From positions 101,376-165,375 of the forward strand of contig JAPXKJ010000001.1 in assembly GCA_033810155.1 (NCBI GenBank): a stretch of DNA of 64,000 bases, in the 5' to 3' direction. The notes beneath the pieces are model-generated. The model saw nothing but the letters and a program-made list of their open reading frames with translations, did no database searches and was not told the DNA's origin. A program made the position numbers and the translations under genes. Below are positions 29,640 to 40,104 of the stretch, piece after piece; the stretch's first letter is position 1, and the number at the start of each line of letters is the position of its first letter. This stretch comes from Bacillota bacterium (GTDB lineage: Bacteria > Bacillota > Sulfobacillia > Fermentithermobacillales > Fermentithermobacillaceae).

Positions 29640-30200
29640 GTGAACGAAAAGACCCTGATGACTCAAACAGAAGACAGGATGAAAAACGTAATCGAAGCTT
29701 ACAAAAAGGATCTTGCTTCCATGAGAGCCGGTCGAGCAACGCCCCTTTTATTGGACAAAGTGCTTGTAGACTACTATGGGGTTCCTACGCCTATAAACCA
29801 GGTGGCATCAATTGGGATAACTCCCCCAAGAACCCTTGTAATACAACCGTGGGATAAAAAACTTCTTAGCAGCATAGAGAAAGCAATACAAAAGGCCGAT
29901 CTAGGAGCCATGCCAAACAACGACGGCAATGTTGTGAGACTTACAATCCCTCCACTTTCCGGAGAAAGACGCCAAGAGCTCATCAAAACCCTAAAGAAAG
30001 ACGCTGAGATGCAAAAGGTAATGATCAGAAACCTCAGACGTGATGCCATTGAACAAGTGAAGGAAGCTGAGAAAGCAAAAGAGATCTCAGAAGATGAATC
30101 CAGGCGTATACAGGACAAAATTCAGAAACTTACTGACAAATATATCGAGATGATCGACAGTATTACATCAGTGAAGGAAGAAGAGGTAATGGAAGTGTGA
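29640..30200 (+). CDS. frr: Ribosome recycling factor
   Basis: 186 aa. Conserved Frr motifs. Confidence 0.9.
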   Translation: MNEKTLMTQTEDRMKNVIEAYKKDLASMRAGRATPLLLDKVLVDYYGVPTPINQVASIGITPPRTLVIQPWDKKLLSSIEKAIQKADLGAMPNNDGNVVRLTIPPLSGERRQELIKTLKKDAEMQKVMIRNLRRDAIEQVKEAEKAKEISEDESRRIQDKIQKLTDKYIEMIDSITSVKEEEVMEV

Positions 30201-30970
30201 GGACCTCAGAGGAAGATCTTTGGCTTTCTAAGGCGCTTGAAGGAAAAACACCGCGTCACATCGGGATCATCATGGATGGCAACGGCCGTTGGGCTCTGAA
30301 AAGAGGTCTGAAAAGGACAGAAGGGCACAAGGCTGGCGTTGAGAGCATACGCAGGTGCCTTCCTGCGCTTCACAATTTGGGCGTGGAATACTGCACCTTA
30401 TTCGCATTTTCTACAGAGAATTGGAAGCGCCCTGCCGATGAGATATCCTTTCTCTTTAACCTGGTTGTGGATTACACGTTCAAATACAAGCACGAATTAT
30501 TGGACAATGACGTGAGGGTATTTCCCATAGGCAGATGGGAAGAACTTCCCGGGTATGTAGTAAATGCCCTGAGAGAGGTGGCCAGAGATACCCGAGAGTG
30601 CAAATCTCTGAATTTGTGTCTCGCCATCAACTATGGCGGGAGACAAGAAATAGTAGATGCCGCTTTGAAACTGGTGACAAAGTCCCTCTCAGGTGATCTG
30701 AATGACCTTGCAAGTATTTCTGAAGAATACTTCTCGAGTCTACTCTACACTCAAGGAATACCTGACCCTGAACTGATCGTCCGCACCTCTGGCGAAAAGA
30801 GACTCTCTAACTTCCTGCTGTGGCAGTCTGCTTATTCTGAATTCGTGTTTACAGATGTTCTGTGGCCTGATTTCGGACCGGTGGACCTATATAAGTGTGT
30901 AGTGGAATTCTCGCAGCGGGAACGCAGATTTGGTGATGTCACAGGTAAAGAGGATGATGATGGGTGCTAA
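30197..30970 (+). CDS. uppS: Isoprenyl transferase / undecaprenyl pyrophosphate synthase
   Basis: HIGIIMDGNGRWA and LLWQSAYSE motifs. Confidence 0.9.
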   Translation: MRTSEEDLWLSKALEGKTPRHIGIIMDGNGRWALKRGLKRTEGHKAGVESIRRCLPALHNLGVEYCTLFAFSTENWKRPADEISFLFNLVVDYTFKYKHELLDNDVRVFPIGRWEELPGYVVNALREVARDTRECKSLNLCLAINYGGRQEIVDAALKLVTKSLSGDLNDLASISEEYFSSLLYTQGIPDPELIVRTSGEKRLSNFLLWQSAYSEFVFTDVLWPDFGPVDLYKCVVEFSQRERRFGDVTGKEDDDGC

Positions 30971-31749
30971 AACAAAGGATCGCATCAGCTATTGTTTTGG
31001 CCCCCCTCATAATTGTGCCTTTGTATTTAGGCGGCGTCCCGTTCGGATTGCTTCTCGCACTACTGTCATGCCTCTCAGCTAGGGAATACAAAAATCTCTT
31101 AGGCAATGCCCAACTAGAGTTGCATTACATGTTCATCCCCATATGTGTCATGATTGCCTTAACAGGGTTATCACAGCAGTCTGCATACTTGTTTGATTCA
31201 TTGGTGATAAGCGCCCTCCTACTATTGTCCCTGTCTACAATACAAAAGGGCATAGTAGTTGGAGCTTTCGGCGTTTCGGGAGCTATCTATATAGGCGGCT
31301 TCTGGGGAACTATGGGTCTCTTAAGAACGGGGCCAGATGGCAGGGAATGGGCTTTTCTCGTACTGTTCGTCACCTGGGCAGCTGACATTGCCGCCTTTTT
31401 TGGGGGGAGGGCATGGGGCAAGCACAAACTTGCACCGAGGATAAGCCCTGGCAAGACCTGGGAAGGCACTGTCTTTGGAATTGCTGCAAGCACGCTGGTA
31501 TCGGTGTTGTGGGGCATCCATATGAGCCTTGCTCTTTGGCAATGTGCAATTATCGGTATTTGCCTTGGGATAATGGCCGTCACGGGTGATCTTGTGGAAT
31601 CGAGTTTAAAGCGTTACTGTAATTCTAAGGACTCGGGCAATCTAATCCCTGGGCATGGCGGAGTTCTGGACAGATTCGACAGTGTGTTGTTCACAAGCGC
31701 AGGAGGCTTGGTGATAAGGGAGTTGCTGCAAGTGTTTCATGCTATATAA
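30964..31749 (+). CDS. cdsA: Phosphatidate cytidylyltransferase
   Basis: 261 aa polytopic membrane protein. CTP_transf_1 C-terminal signature (GKTWEG...SxxKR..KDSG..IPGHGGxLDRFDS). Confidence 0.85.
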   Translation: MLKQRIASAIVLAPLIIVPLYLGGVPFGLLLALLSCLSAREYKNLLGNAQLELHYMFIPICVMIALTGLSQQSAYLFDSLVISALLLLSLSTIQKGIVVGAFGVSGAIYIGGFWGTMGLLRTGPDGREWAFLVLFVTWAADIAAFFGGRAWGKHKLAPRISPGKTWEGTVFGIAASTLVSVLWGIHMSLALWQCAIIGICLGIMAVTGDLVESSLKRYCNSKDSGNLIPGHGGVLDRFDSVLFTSAGGLVIRELLQVFHAI

Positions 31750-31776
31750 AACACGCGAAAGGGATTGTTGCGTTTC

Positions 31777-32823
31777 ATGACACAAAAGAAAATGCTTGTT
31801 GCGATATTCCTTCTAATAGCAGTATTTCTATTCTTGAAATACATAATGCCCTATGTCGCCCCGTTCGCACTAAGCGCTTTCCTCGCTTTTTTGTTAGAAC
31901 CCATAGTTACGTTTCTGGAGACGCGCCTAAAAATGGGGCGGGGATGGGCAGCGATACTCTCGATGCTGATTTTTGGCGTAGTTGTTGGTTCGATACTGGT
32001 GTGGAGCTTTACAAGCCTAAGTACGGAACTAACAGATTTGTACGAACGACTACCTGAGTACTATACCGAATTCATGGAAGTAATGCGAAACGCTCTTGAG
32101 GTCAGCGGCGAGTTCTCGAAGAACCTCCCGGAACCTTTGGCAACTACTGTACAAGGTCTGTGGAACAGTCTGTATGATGCTCTTTACGGCATCGTCATAG
32201 GTGCCGGTGAGATGGTGAAGTCAGTTCCAGGGCTTTCTATTTCGGCGGTTTTTGCAGTGATTAGCACATATCTAATGATAAAAGACAAAGACCAGATCTA
32301 TGAGTCTATAGGCCGCGCCATTCCCAAAGAAAGATTCGGCGCCTTCGTTACTGCCGAAAATACCATTTTGGCAAGTGTTTCGAAGGTAATCAGAGTTGAA
32401 ATACTACTTATCATAGTTACTATGATCGTTAACATAATAGGGCTTCGGATCATCGGGACAAGATATGCAGTAGGGCTCGGCATTATTCTCGCGGTTCTCG
32501 ACGTTATTCCAATAATAGGTCCGGGACTCATCTATATACCATGGATAATATATCATTTGGCTTGGGGTAGCGCGTATTTGGCCGTATACCTTATGGTTTT
32601 ATATGGCGGAGTATCACTACTGAGACAAATAGCTAGGACTAGCATGATTGGAAAAGAAACCGGACTACACCCGCTGGCGGCTCTCGTTTCCTTATACCTG
32701 GGGTTTCGCCTTTTCGGAGGAATAGGAGTAATCTATGGACCACTGGTAGCTGTCCTCCTAGCAGGTTTTCTTTCGCATGACGCTCATGACGCTATAGATA
32801 ATAAAGGTGGTATTGACGGTTGA
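31777..32823 (+). CDS. AI-2E family transporter (YtvI-like sporulation membrane protein)
   Basis: About 348 aa multi-TM protein. N-terminal region resembles YtvI/PerM family. TTG at 31765 is also possible. Confidence 0.55.
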   Translation: MTQKKMLVAIFLLIAVFLFLKYIMPYVAPFALSAFLAFLLEPIVTFLETRLKMGRGWAAILSMLIFGVVVGSILVWSFTSLSTELTDLYERLPEYYTEFMEVMRNALEVSGEFSKNLPEPLATTVQGLWNSLYDALYGIVIGAGEMVKSVPGLSISAVFAVISTYLMIKDKDQIYESIGRAIPKERFGAFVTAENTILASVSKVIRVEILLIIVTMIVNIIGLRIIGTRYAVGLGIILAVLDVIPIIGPGLIYIPWIIYHLAWGSAYLAVYLMVLYGGVSLLRQIARTSMIGKETGLHPLAALVSLYLGFRLFGGIGVIYGPLVAVLLAGFLSHDAHDAIDNKGGIDG

Positions 32824-33986
32824 AAGGGATATCTATTCTTGGTTCTACAGGATCTGTGGGTACGCAGGCATTAGACGTGATCAAAAACAGTTCTGACTTC
32901 AAAGTACTGGGCCTTGCAGCACACAGCAACTGGAAACAAGTCCTTTGTCAGGCAAAAACTTTCGGAGCACGAGTTGTTGCTCTATTTGACGAAAAAGCCG
33001 CAGACGTAGCCGAGAGAGAGAAGGGGTCCTTAGGGCTCAAAGATCTTGAGATACTCAGCGGCTCAAAAGGTTTGTGCGATGTCGCGTCCATGCCTGAATG
33101 CGATCTAGCGCTCCATGCCATTCCCGGTTTCGCTGGTGTGAAGCCACTTATAAGTTCGCTTGAAAGCAGAAAACAAGTGGCCTTGTCTGGAAAAGAAGCC
33201 CTTGTGTCCGCAGGCGAGATCGTTAAGACGTTCCTTGAGTCAGACCCAAACGCAATCATACCGGTTGACTCCGAGCATTCGGCCGTTTTCCAATGCTTTT
33301 TGGGTGAGAATAAGTGTAGCATTGAGAACATCATTCTTACAGCATCAGGTGGAGCCTTGAGAGACCTTACTCGTGAAGAACTACGCAAGGTTAAGCCTTC
33401 CGATACTCTTCGGCATCCAACCTGGCAGATGGGCACAAAAGTTACTATAGACTCCGCTACGCTTTTCAACAAAGCCCTCGAGGTTATGGAAGCGCATTAT
33501 CTTTTCGATATGCCTTACGATAGGATTAAAGTAGTCATTCATAGAGAAAGCATTGTGCATTCTATGGTATCCTTTAGAGACGGTAGCACGAAAGCACAGT
33601 TGGCAAATCCTGACATGCGCCTTCCGATTGCTTTTGCGCTCAATTTCCCGGAAAGAAAAAGAGGTGTGGTAGAATCCATAAATCCGGTTCTAGGCACACT
33701 TACTTTTGAAGAACCTGATCTCGAACGGTTTCCCTGCCTAAACCTTGGATATGAAGCTGGTCGCATTGGGGGTACCGCACCGTGCGTGTTATCCATCGCT
33801 GACGAAGTCGTCGTAAAAAGTTTCTTGGCCGGGGAACTTTCTTTTACCGAAATATATGATGTACTAGAATCGGTTCTTAGTCGGTGTGAGCCTCATAAAG
33901 CTGATTCCTTAGAATCCTTGGAATACGCGGCTCGATGGGCTGAATCCGAGACTAGAAGAATCATTGATGCTCGTATGAGAAGGTGA
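32820..33986 (+). CDS. dxr: 1-deoxy-D-xylulose 5-phosphate reductoisomerase
   Basis: ILGSTGSVGTQALDV NADPH motif. 388 aa. Confidence 0.9.
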   Translation: MKGISILGSTGSVGTQALDVIKNSSDFKVLGLAAHSNWKQVLCQAKTFGARVVALFDEKAADVAEREKGSLGLKDLEILSGSKGLCDVASMPECDLALHAIPGFAGVKPLISSLESRKQVALSGKEALVSAGEIVKTFLESDPNAIIPVDSEHSAVFQCFLGENKCSIENIILTASGGALRDLTREELRKVKPSDTLRHPTWQMGTKVTIDSATLFNKALEVMEAHYLFDMPYDRIKVVIHRESIVHSMVSFRDGSTKAQLANPDMRLPIAFALNFPERKRGVVESINPVLGTLTFEEPDLERFPCLNLGYEAGRIGGTAPCVLSIADEVVVKSFLAGELSFTEIYDVLESVLSRCEPHKADSLESLEYAARWAESETRRIIDARMRR

Positions 33987-33990
33987 GACT

Positions 33991-35022
33991 TTGCTACAAA
34001 CTATCATAGCCATAGTATGTCTAGGAATCTTGATAGTCCTACATGAACTCGGACACTTCCTAGCAGCTAGGAAATTCGGAGTATACATTCATGAATTTAG
34101 CATAGGTTTTGGACCTAAACTCTTTTCGAAAAAAGGTGATGAAACAGAAGTATCCGTAAGACTAATCCCACTAGGAGGATACGTGCGATTCGCAGGTGAA
34201 GAGGGTGCCGAAGACAATGTAGACGAAGACATTCCAGAAGAAAGGCTGCTCAAATCTTTACCGCCTATGAAGCGAGCATTGATCATGCTAGCAGGCCCAG
34301 TTGCGAACCTTCTTGTGGCCATGGTTGCGTTTTTTCTAGTTCTATCATTCGTAGGAATCGCGAAGCCTACTACGGAAATCGCTGAGGTGGTGGTAGGATA
34401 TCCGGCATACGAAGTCGGCATCGAACCAGGAGACAAAATAGTTATGGTCGAGGATACTGAAATATCCGAATGGGCCGAGATGGTAGCCTTGGTCCAAAAG
34501 AGAACTGGCATTCCAACAACTATCGTGGTGGAACGGCAGGGTAATCTTTTAAGTTTTACTTTGACTCCCATCGATGTGTCAGGAACAGGTATCATAGGGG
34601 TAAAGGCCCAAGTAGAAACTGTGCGTTTTGGCGTTTTGAAAGGCATTAAAGAAGCCTTTCTGGAAACTATCTATGTATCTGCAGCTTGGATTATGAGTGT
34701 TGTAAGCATGATAACAGGCGCGATTGCTCCGGAATTGACGGGACCTGTAGGCATCAGCCAGATTCTGGGCGAGGCTGCTCGACAGGGAATCGGAACGCTT
34801 CTTTATGTTCTCGGGTTTCTCTCTGCGAATTTCGCATTGATTAATCTCTTGCCAATACCTGCTCTTGACGGAAGTCACCTTTTGTTTGTTACCGTTGAAG
34901 GTATTCGTGGGAAACCGATTGACCCTGCGAAGGAAAACATCATCCACTTCATAGGCTTTTTCTTGCTTATGATGTTATTTATTGTGATCACATACAAAGA
35001 TATACTGCGTTTGGTTGGTTGA
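33991..35022 (+). CDS. rseP: RIP zinc metalloprotease RseP/RasP (site-2 protease)
   Basis: HELGHF motif in TM1, PDZ domain, LDG motif. Confidence 0.85.
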   Translation: MLQTIIAIVCLGILIVLHELGHFLAARKFGVYIHEFSIGFGPKLFSKKGDETEVSVRLIPLGGYVRFAGEEGAEDNVDEDIPEERLLKSLPPMKRALIMLAGPVANLLVAMVAFFLVLSFVGIAKPTTEIAEVVVGYPAYEVGIEPGDKIVMVEDTEISEWAEMVALVQKRTGIPTTIVVERQGNLLSFTLTPIDVSGTGIIGVKAQVETVRFGVLKGIKEAFLETIYVSAAWIMSVVSMITGAIAPELTGPVGISQILGEAARQGIGTLLYVLGFLSANFALINLLPIPALDGSHLLFVTVEGIRGKPIDPAKENIIHFIGFFLLMMLFIVITYKDILRLVG

Positions 35023-35064
35023 AACATTTCAGGCTAGCTCTCAACGCCAAGATAGGATGATACT

Positions 35065-36159
35065 ATGTCAAATGCTCAAGACCTGTTTGAGAGAAGGAAA
35101 AGTAGACCCGTTAGATGTGGCAATCTAACGATCGGCGGAAGCGCTAAGATCTCAATTCAAACTATGGCGAAAACAGATACGCGGGATATAAGGGCAACGG
35201 TAGAGGAGATCCAAGAGGCGGTATCCGCAGGTGCCGATATCGTCCGCGTAGCGGTCGTAGATGAACAGGCCGCACGAGCAATAAAATACATCAAGGAACA
35301 GGTAACGTGTCCAATCGTAGCAGATATTCACTTCGACTACAGATTGGCTATGTTGGCTCTGGAGTCTGGCTCTGACAAGGTCAGGGTCAATCCAGGCAAT
35401 ATTGGCAGCAGAGAGAAACTACTCGAGGTCGCAAGAAAAGCCCAATCGATGGGTGCAGCTGTTCGATTAGGGGTAAACTCAGGATCGCTTGAGAAGGATA
35501 TTTTGGAGACTTACGGTTCGCCCTGTGCAGAAGCGATGGTTGAAAGCGCAAAACGTCATGTTTCGTTCCTACTAGATAACGGCATAGAAGGAGCCGTTAT
35601 CTCGCTCAAATCATCTAGCGTAAAAGAGACGATCAGGGCATATAGCATTATGGCTTCCTACACCGACTGGCCATTCCACATCGGAGTGACAGAAACAGGT
35701 CCCGGGAATCTCGGCGTAACCAAGTCTGCGGCAGGAATAGGTACCCTACTTACCTTAGGAATTGGAGATACGGTCAGAGTCTCTCTCACCGGACCTGCTC
35801 GTGAAGAGGTAGTAATTGCAAAAGCAATCCTTCAATCGCTGGAACTCGGCACCTTTGGCCCAGATATAATATCTTGTCCGACGTGCGGACGTACAGAGAT
35901 GGATATCATACACATCGCCGAAGCAGTTAAAGACGGACTTAAAGACCTAAAGACGCCTATCAAAGTTGCAATTATGGGCTGTCCAGTGAATGGCCCCGGG
36001 GAAGCAAGAGAAGCAGACATTGGAGTTGCTTGTGGGCGCGAAGGGGGCATTTTGTTCTCTCATGGCAAGCCTATAGGCAGAGTCTCTCACGAGAAGATAG
36101 TAGATACCCTTTTGAGATTAGCTAGGACATACCCTTGTTTTCCGGAGGGAGAGAATTGA
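35065..36159 (+). CDS. ispG: 4-hydroxy-3-methylbut-2-enyl diphosphate synthase (GcpE)
   Basis: 364 aa. Conserved CPxCGR and MGCxVNGPGE cysteine motifs. Confidence 0.9.
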   Translation: MSNAQDLFERRKSRPVRCGNLTIGGSAKISIQTMAKTDTRDIRATVEEIQEAVSAGADIVRVAVVDEQAARAIKYIKEQVTCPIVADIHFDYRLAMLALESGSDKVRVNPGNIGSREKLLEVARKAQSMGAAVRLGVNSGSLEKDILETYGSPCAEAMVESAKRHVSFLLDNGIEGAVISLKSSSVKETIRAYSIMASYTDWPFHIGVTETGPGNLGVTKSAAGIGTLLTLGIGDTVRVSLTGPAREEVVIAKAILQSLELGTFGPDIISCPTCGRTEMDIIHIAEAVKDGLKDLKTPIKVAIMGCPVNGPGEAREADIGVACGREGGILFSHGKPIGRVSHEKIVDTLLRLARTYPCFPEGEN

Positions 36160-39100
36160 GTCGTACGGTAGTGAAGCCCTCTTGTTCCAACTTCACTGTG
36201 GAGCAGATGGCGCGAACTCTGAACCTTGATTTAGATGATGTTGTAGGTAGCCTTGAGATATCCTCAATAACTGTTGACACGAAGAATGCAGCATGGTGTA
36301 TTTTTGTCAAGATCCCTGATACTGAGGTCTGGGCAAAAAAGGCATCGCGCATCACAATAGATGAATTCGAGATGCGTCTATCAACTATAGGGCAAGAGAT
36401 AAGGAACTCTGTGTCAACGCTATCTACGGTATCGTGGGAGTTTTCCGAAGAATATGAAAAGTACTTCTCCAAAGAATCCCGAAGATCGAGTAACGGGGAT
36501 AGCGCAGGCAGTAATGAGAAACAAAGAGATGTACTGATGGGAAAACCGATCCGCACCGAACCTATTCCTATAAAGGACATAACCGGAGGAGAAAAAGGGA
36601 CCGTAACAGTACTAGGAATGGTAGTAGACGTTTCATGGAAGCAAACCCAATCCGGCGGCTTCTGCGGCATCATCGTTGTGACTGACAACAGTGACTCCAT
36701 TAGCATGAGGATCTTTCCAGGAGAGCAAAAGATACAAGAGATCAAAGAAGGCATTTGGGTTCTAGCAAGAGGTAGAATCCGGATAGATCGTATGGATTCG
36801 GAACCAACGCTAATGTGCAGCGATCTTTGCATTGCCACGCCCAAGGTGAGACAAGATGAATCAGAGGATAAACGCGTAGAACTCCACCTGCACACAAAGA
36901 TGTCAGCACTTGATTCTGTCTTAGACCTCGAAAAAGCTATCTCCACCGCAGCTCGTTGGGGGCACCCTGCAATCGCTATTACAGATCACGGAGTAGTTCA
37001 GGCGTTCCCTGAAGCATACCGATTGGGAGCCAAGTATGGCATCAAGGTAATCCTTGGTTTGGAAGGCTATCTAGTTGAGGAAAATGCAAAAGATCAGGCC
37101 TTCCACATTATCCTTCTTGCCCGCAACAGAACGGGGCTGAGGAATTTGTACGAAATCGTCACGGTGTCACATCTTGAGCATTTTTACAGGACTCCCAGAA
37201 TACCCAGGCAATGTCTTAACGACAAACGAGAGGGCCTTATAATTGGCTCAGCTTGTGAAGCAGGTGAGTTATACAGGGCAATCGTTTCAGGCAAAGGTGA
37301 GCAGGAGTTAGAAGATATAGCCAACTTCTACGATTATCTTGAGATCCAACCCCTTGATAACAATGCTTTCTTGGTAGATGCAGGAGAGATTCCCGACCGT
37401 GAATCTCTCGTCGATATTAATAGAAAAATCTACGGTTTGAGCAAAAAGCTTGGCAAACCATGTGTTGCGACTGGGGACGTACATTTCGTGGAGCCTGAGG
37501 ACGAAATTTACAGGACTTTGCTTCTTGCGGGCAAAGGAATGGGTGAGAACGGCGAACGCCCGAGCCCCTTGTACCTTAGGACTACCACTGAACTATTAGA
37601 TGAATTCTCCATCTATCTAGGCATGGAAGCGGCCAGAGAAGTAGTGATCGAAAATCCTCAATCTATTTCGGATTTGGTTGAGAATTTGGCACCTATACCA
37701 GAAGGTTTCTTCTACCCAACTCTTGAGGATTCTGATCGAATACTGATGGATCTTACTCAAAAGGGTGCACAAGATATCTATGGGAAAGATCTACCCGAAA
37801 TCGTTGAGCAGAGGATCAATAGAGAGCTTTCCGCCATTATTGACAACGGCTTTTCTTCTTTGTACCTTATTGCAGTTAAAATGGTAGAAAAATCTAACTC
37901 TGACGGATATCTAGTTGGCTCCCGGGGATCTGTCGGCTCATCGCTTGTTGCACGGCTTACGGACATTACTGAGGTCAATCCATTACCGCCTCATTATGTA
38001 TGTCCCAATTGTCATTTCAGCGAGTTTGTAGACGACCCTGCTTGCCATTCAGGATTCGATTTGCCGTCTGCACAATGTCCCAAATGTGGCACGAATCTCG
38101 CAAAGGATGGACAGAACATCCCTTTTGAAACCTTCATGGGATTTAGAGGTGAAAAGGTACCCGATATCGACTTGAATTTCTCCGGTGAAGAACAAAGCGA
38201 GATGTTCAAATTCGCCTCAAAATTGCTGGGCAAAAAGAACGTATATAGGGCAGGTACCATTGGTACCATCGGCACAAAAACAGCTTTTGGGTTCGTGAAA
38301 CACTATAGCGAAAGCACAGGGAAAACATTCAGAAGAGCAGAAGAATTGAGGCTGTCTAAAGGGATAGAAGGAGTAAAGAGGACTACTGGACAACATCCTG
38401 GAGGGATCATGGTAATACCCCAGGGAATGGAGGTGCTTGACTTCACACCTCTTCAGTATCCTGCCGATGATCGAAAGTCAGGCTCCATAACGACTCACTT
38501 TGATTACAGCGCCATTTCAGGCCATCTCGTTAAGCTAGACATCCTTGGACATGACGATCCTACCGTACTCAAGATCCTTGGCGAGATTACAGGCGTAGAT
38601 CCTATTTCCATACCTATGGATGACCCTGAAACCTTGGCACTTTTTTCTGGCGAAAACCCTGATGCCGTAATGGGAATTCCCGAATTTGGCACGAAGTTTG
38701 TAAGGAACATGCTATCTGAGACAAGACCCAAGTGCTTCGCAGATCTAGTTAGGATTTCAGGACTCTCCCATGGAACTGACGTGTGGGCGAATAATGCCAG
38801 AGAGTTAATCCGTGAGAACATTGCTACTCTTGACCAAGTCATTGCTACGCGTGAAGATATATTCTTGTATCTGATGGAGCTAGGCCTGGAGTCTTCCTTA
38901 GCGTTTGGAATAGCCGAAAAGGTGAGAAAAGGAGTTCCGCTATCAAGTGAAGACATCTCAATGATGAAGTCTGTATCAGTGCCAGACTGGTATATCAATT
39001 CATGCAGAAAGATTAGCTACTTGTTTCCAAAGGCACACGCGGTCGCATACGTTACGAACTCATTTAGGATAGCATATTACAAGGTTCATCATCCACTAGC

Positions 39101-39545
39101 CTTCTACTCGACGTATTTCTCGTTTGCAGGCTCGTCTTTGACCACCGACTACATGTACTTAGAACCTACAGAATGGAAAGAGTATATACAAAAGGTGAAT
39201 GCGAATTCTACAGCAACAGCAAAAGAGCAAGATATTGCCAGCGCTCTCGAACTTGCCATAGAGATGTTTGAAAGAGGATTTCGCTTTGGACGGTGTGATC
39301 TTTATGTCTCGCAGGTGTCACGATACATACCTCAAGGTTCTGAACTTATCCCTCCCTTTACTGCCATCCCGGGAATCGGTAATCAAGCTGCTTCTTCAAT
39401 TGTGAAGGCAAGGGAAGAGGGAACCTTTGAATCCGTAGAGGACTTTAGGAAGCGGACCGGAGTCGGCAAAAGAGTTTGCGAAACAATGAAAGAGCACGGT
39501 CTATTCCTTGGGCTGCCTGAAACGGCTCAACTGCCATTATTCTAG
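36135..39545 (+). CDS. polC: PolC-type DNA polymerase III alpha subunit apparently lacking the proofreading exonuclease insert
   Basis: OB domain is followed by the PHP domain (VELHLHTKMSALD...AIAITDHGVVQAFPE). The PHP domain then runs straight on (EENAKDQAFHIILLARNRTGLRNLYEIVTVSHLEHFYRTPRIPR) with no ETTG/DEDD exo segment. PolC zinc finger CPNCHFSEF...CPKCG is present. C-terminus ends LPETAQLPLF as in PolC. 1136 aa against about 1430 for typical PolC. Start ambiguous between TTG 36135 and GTG 36171. Confidence 0.85.
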   Translation: MFSGGRELSRTVVKPSCSNFTVEQMARTLNLDLDDVVGSLEISSITVDTKNAAWCIFVKIPDTEVWAKKASRITIDEFEMRLSTIGQEIRNSVSTLSTVSWEFSEEYEKYFSKESRRSSNGDSAGSNEKQRDVLMGKPIRTEPIPIKDITGGEKGTVTVLGMVVDVSWKQTQSGGFCGIIVVTDNSDSISMRIFPGEQKIQEIKEGIWVLARGRIRIDRMDSEPTLMCSDLCIATPKVRQDESEDKRVELHLHTKMSALDSVLDLEKAISTAARWGHPAIAITDHGVVQAFPEAYRLGAKYGIKVILGLEGYLVEENAKDQAFHIILLARNRTGLRNLYEIVTVSHLEHFYRTPRIPRQCLNDKREGLIIGSACEAGELYRAIVSGKGEQELEDIANFYDYLEIQPLDNNAFLVDAGEIPDRESLVDINRKIYGLSKKLGKPCVATGDVHFVEPEDEIYRTLLLAGKGMGENGERPSPLYLRTTTELLDEFSIYLGMEAAREVVIENPQSISDLVENLAPIPEGFFYPTLEDSDRILMDLTQKGAQDIYGKDLPEIVEQRINRELSAIIDNGFSSLYLIAVKMVEKSNSDGYLVGSRGSVGSSLVARLTDITEVNPLPPHYVCPNCHFSEFVDDPACHSGFDLPSAQCPKCGTNLAKDGQNIPFETFMGFRGEKVPDIDLNFSGEEQSEMFKFASKLLGKKNVYRAGTIGTIGTKTAFGFVKHYSESTGKTFRRAEELRLSKGIEGVKRTTGQHPGGIMVIPQGMEVLDFTPLQYPADDRKSGSITTHFDYSAISGHLVKLDILGHDDPTVLKILGEITGVDPISIPMDDPETLALFSGENPDAVMGIPEFGTKFVRNMLSETRPKCFADLVRISGLSHGTDVWANNARELIRENIATLDQVIATREDIFLYLMELGLESSLAFGIAEKVRKGVPLSSEDISMMKSVSVPDWYINSCRKISYLFPKAHAVAYVTNSFRIAYYKVHHPLAFYSTYFSFAGSSLTTDYMYLEPTEWKEYIQKVNANSTATAKEQDIASALELAIEMFERGFRFGRCDLYVSQVSRYIPQGSELIPPFTAIPGIGNQAASSIVKAREEGTFESVEDFRKRTGVGKRVCETMKEHGLFLGLPETAQLPLF

Positions 39546-39549
39546 CATT

Positions 39550-40104
39550 CTAATCAGGGGCGATCACTTGACTTCTAACAGCCATCTTCGCAACAGGAAT
39601 GTATATGAGTTTCAGGACATATGAATACAAGACGGTCTCTATTGCGCCTGATATGAGTCGAGGCGGCATGATTATCCTATAGCTCATCCCGTACAAATAG
39701 TTAAGAAAATATGGGGTAAGACCGCAAGAGACAAGGGCGATACCTGAAAACACTGCAGCAAATAGATGCGAGAACGGAATGCTCGTCTTTTCCTTATCTC
39801 GATTCAAGAATCTCACGACAACACCAGGAATAGTTCCCATAAGTGCAGAACAAAGAGTAAAATGTGGCATGTATCCTGGCCCCATAGGACTCAATATGAA
39901 CCCAATTATGTCAGATAGAGCACCTGAAATCGCTCCGTACAATGGCCCCAACAATATACTCGCCATGATATTAGGCAGAGCACCGAAGCCAATGCGAATT
40001 GCTTCGATGCCTCCTATGAGCAGTCTAAAGGATGCAAATCTGGTCAGAATAACAGATAACGCTATGAATAAGCTGGTAACCACAAGAGATCGTGTGCGTG
40101 ACAT
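39550..40104 (-). CDS. folT: ECF transporter S component, folate family (FolT-like)
   Basis: 184 aa, 6-TM. Resembles FolT-family substrate-capture proteins (LFIALSVILTRF...FGALPNIMASILLGPLYGAISGALSDIIGF). RBS GGGAGGA. Confidence 0.65.
   Translation of the reverse strand: MSRTRSLVVTSLFIALSVILTRFASFRLLIGGIEAIRIGFGALPNIMASILLGPLYGAISGALSDIIGFILSPMGPGYMPHFTLCSALMGTIPGVVVRFLNRDKEKTSIPFSHLFAAVFSGIALVSCGLTPYFLNYLYGMSYRIIMPPRLISGAIETVLYSYVLKLIYIPVAKMAVRSQVIAPD

Noticed and set aside
38087-38102. TGGCAC-N5-TCGCA sigma-54-like motif
   Set aside because: Lies inside the polC coding sequence on the coding strand, with no downstream gene start, so coincidental. No sigma-54 promoter was found adjacent to the bEBP, arcC or ddh.
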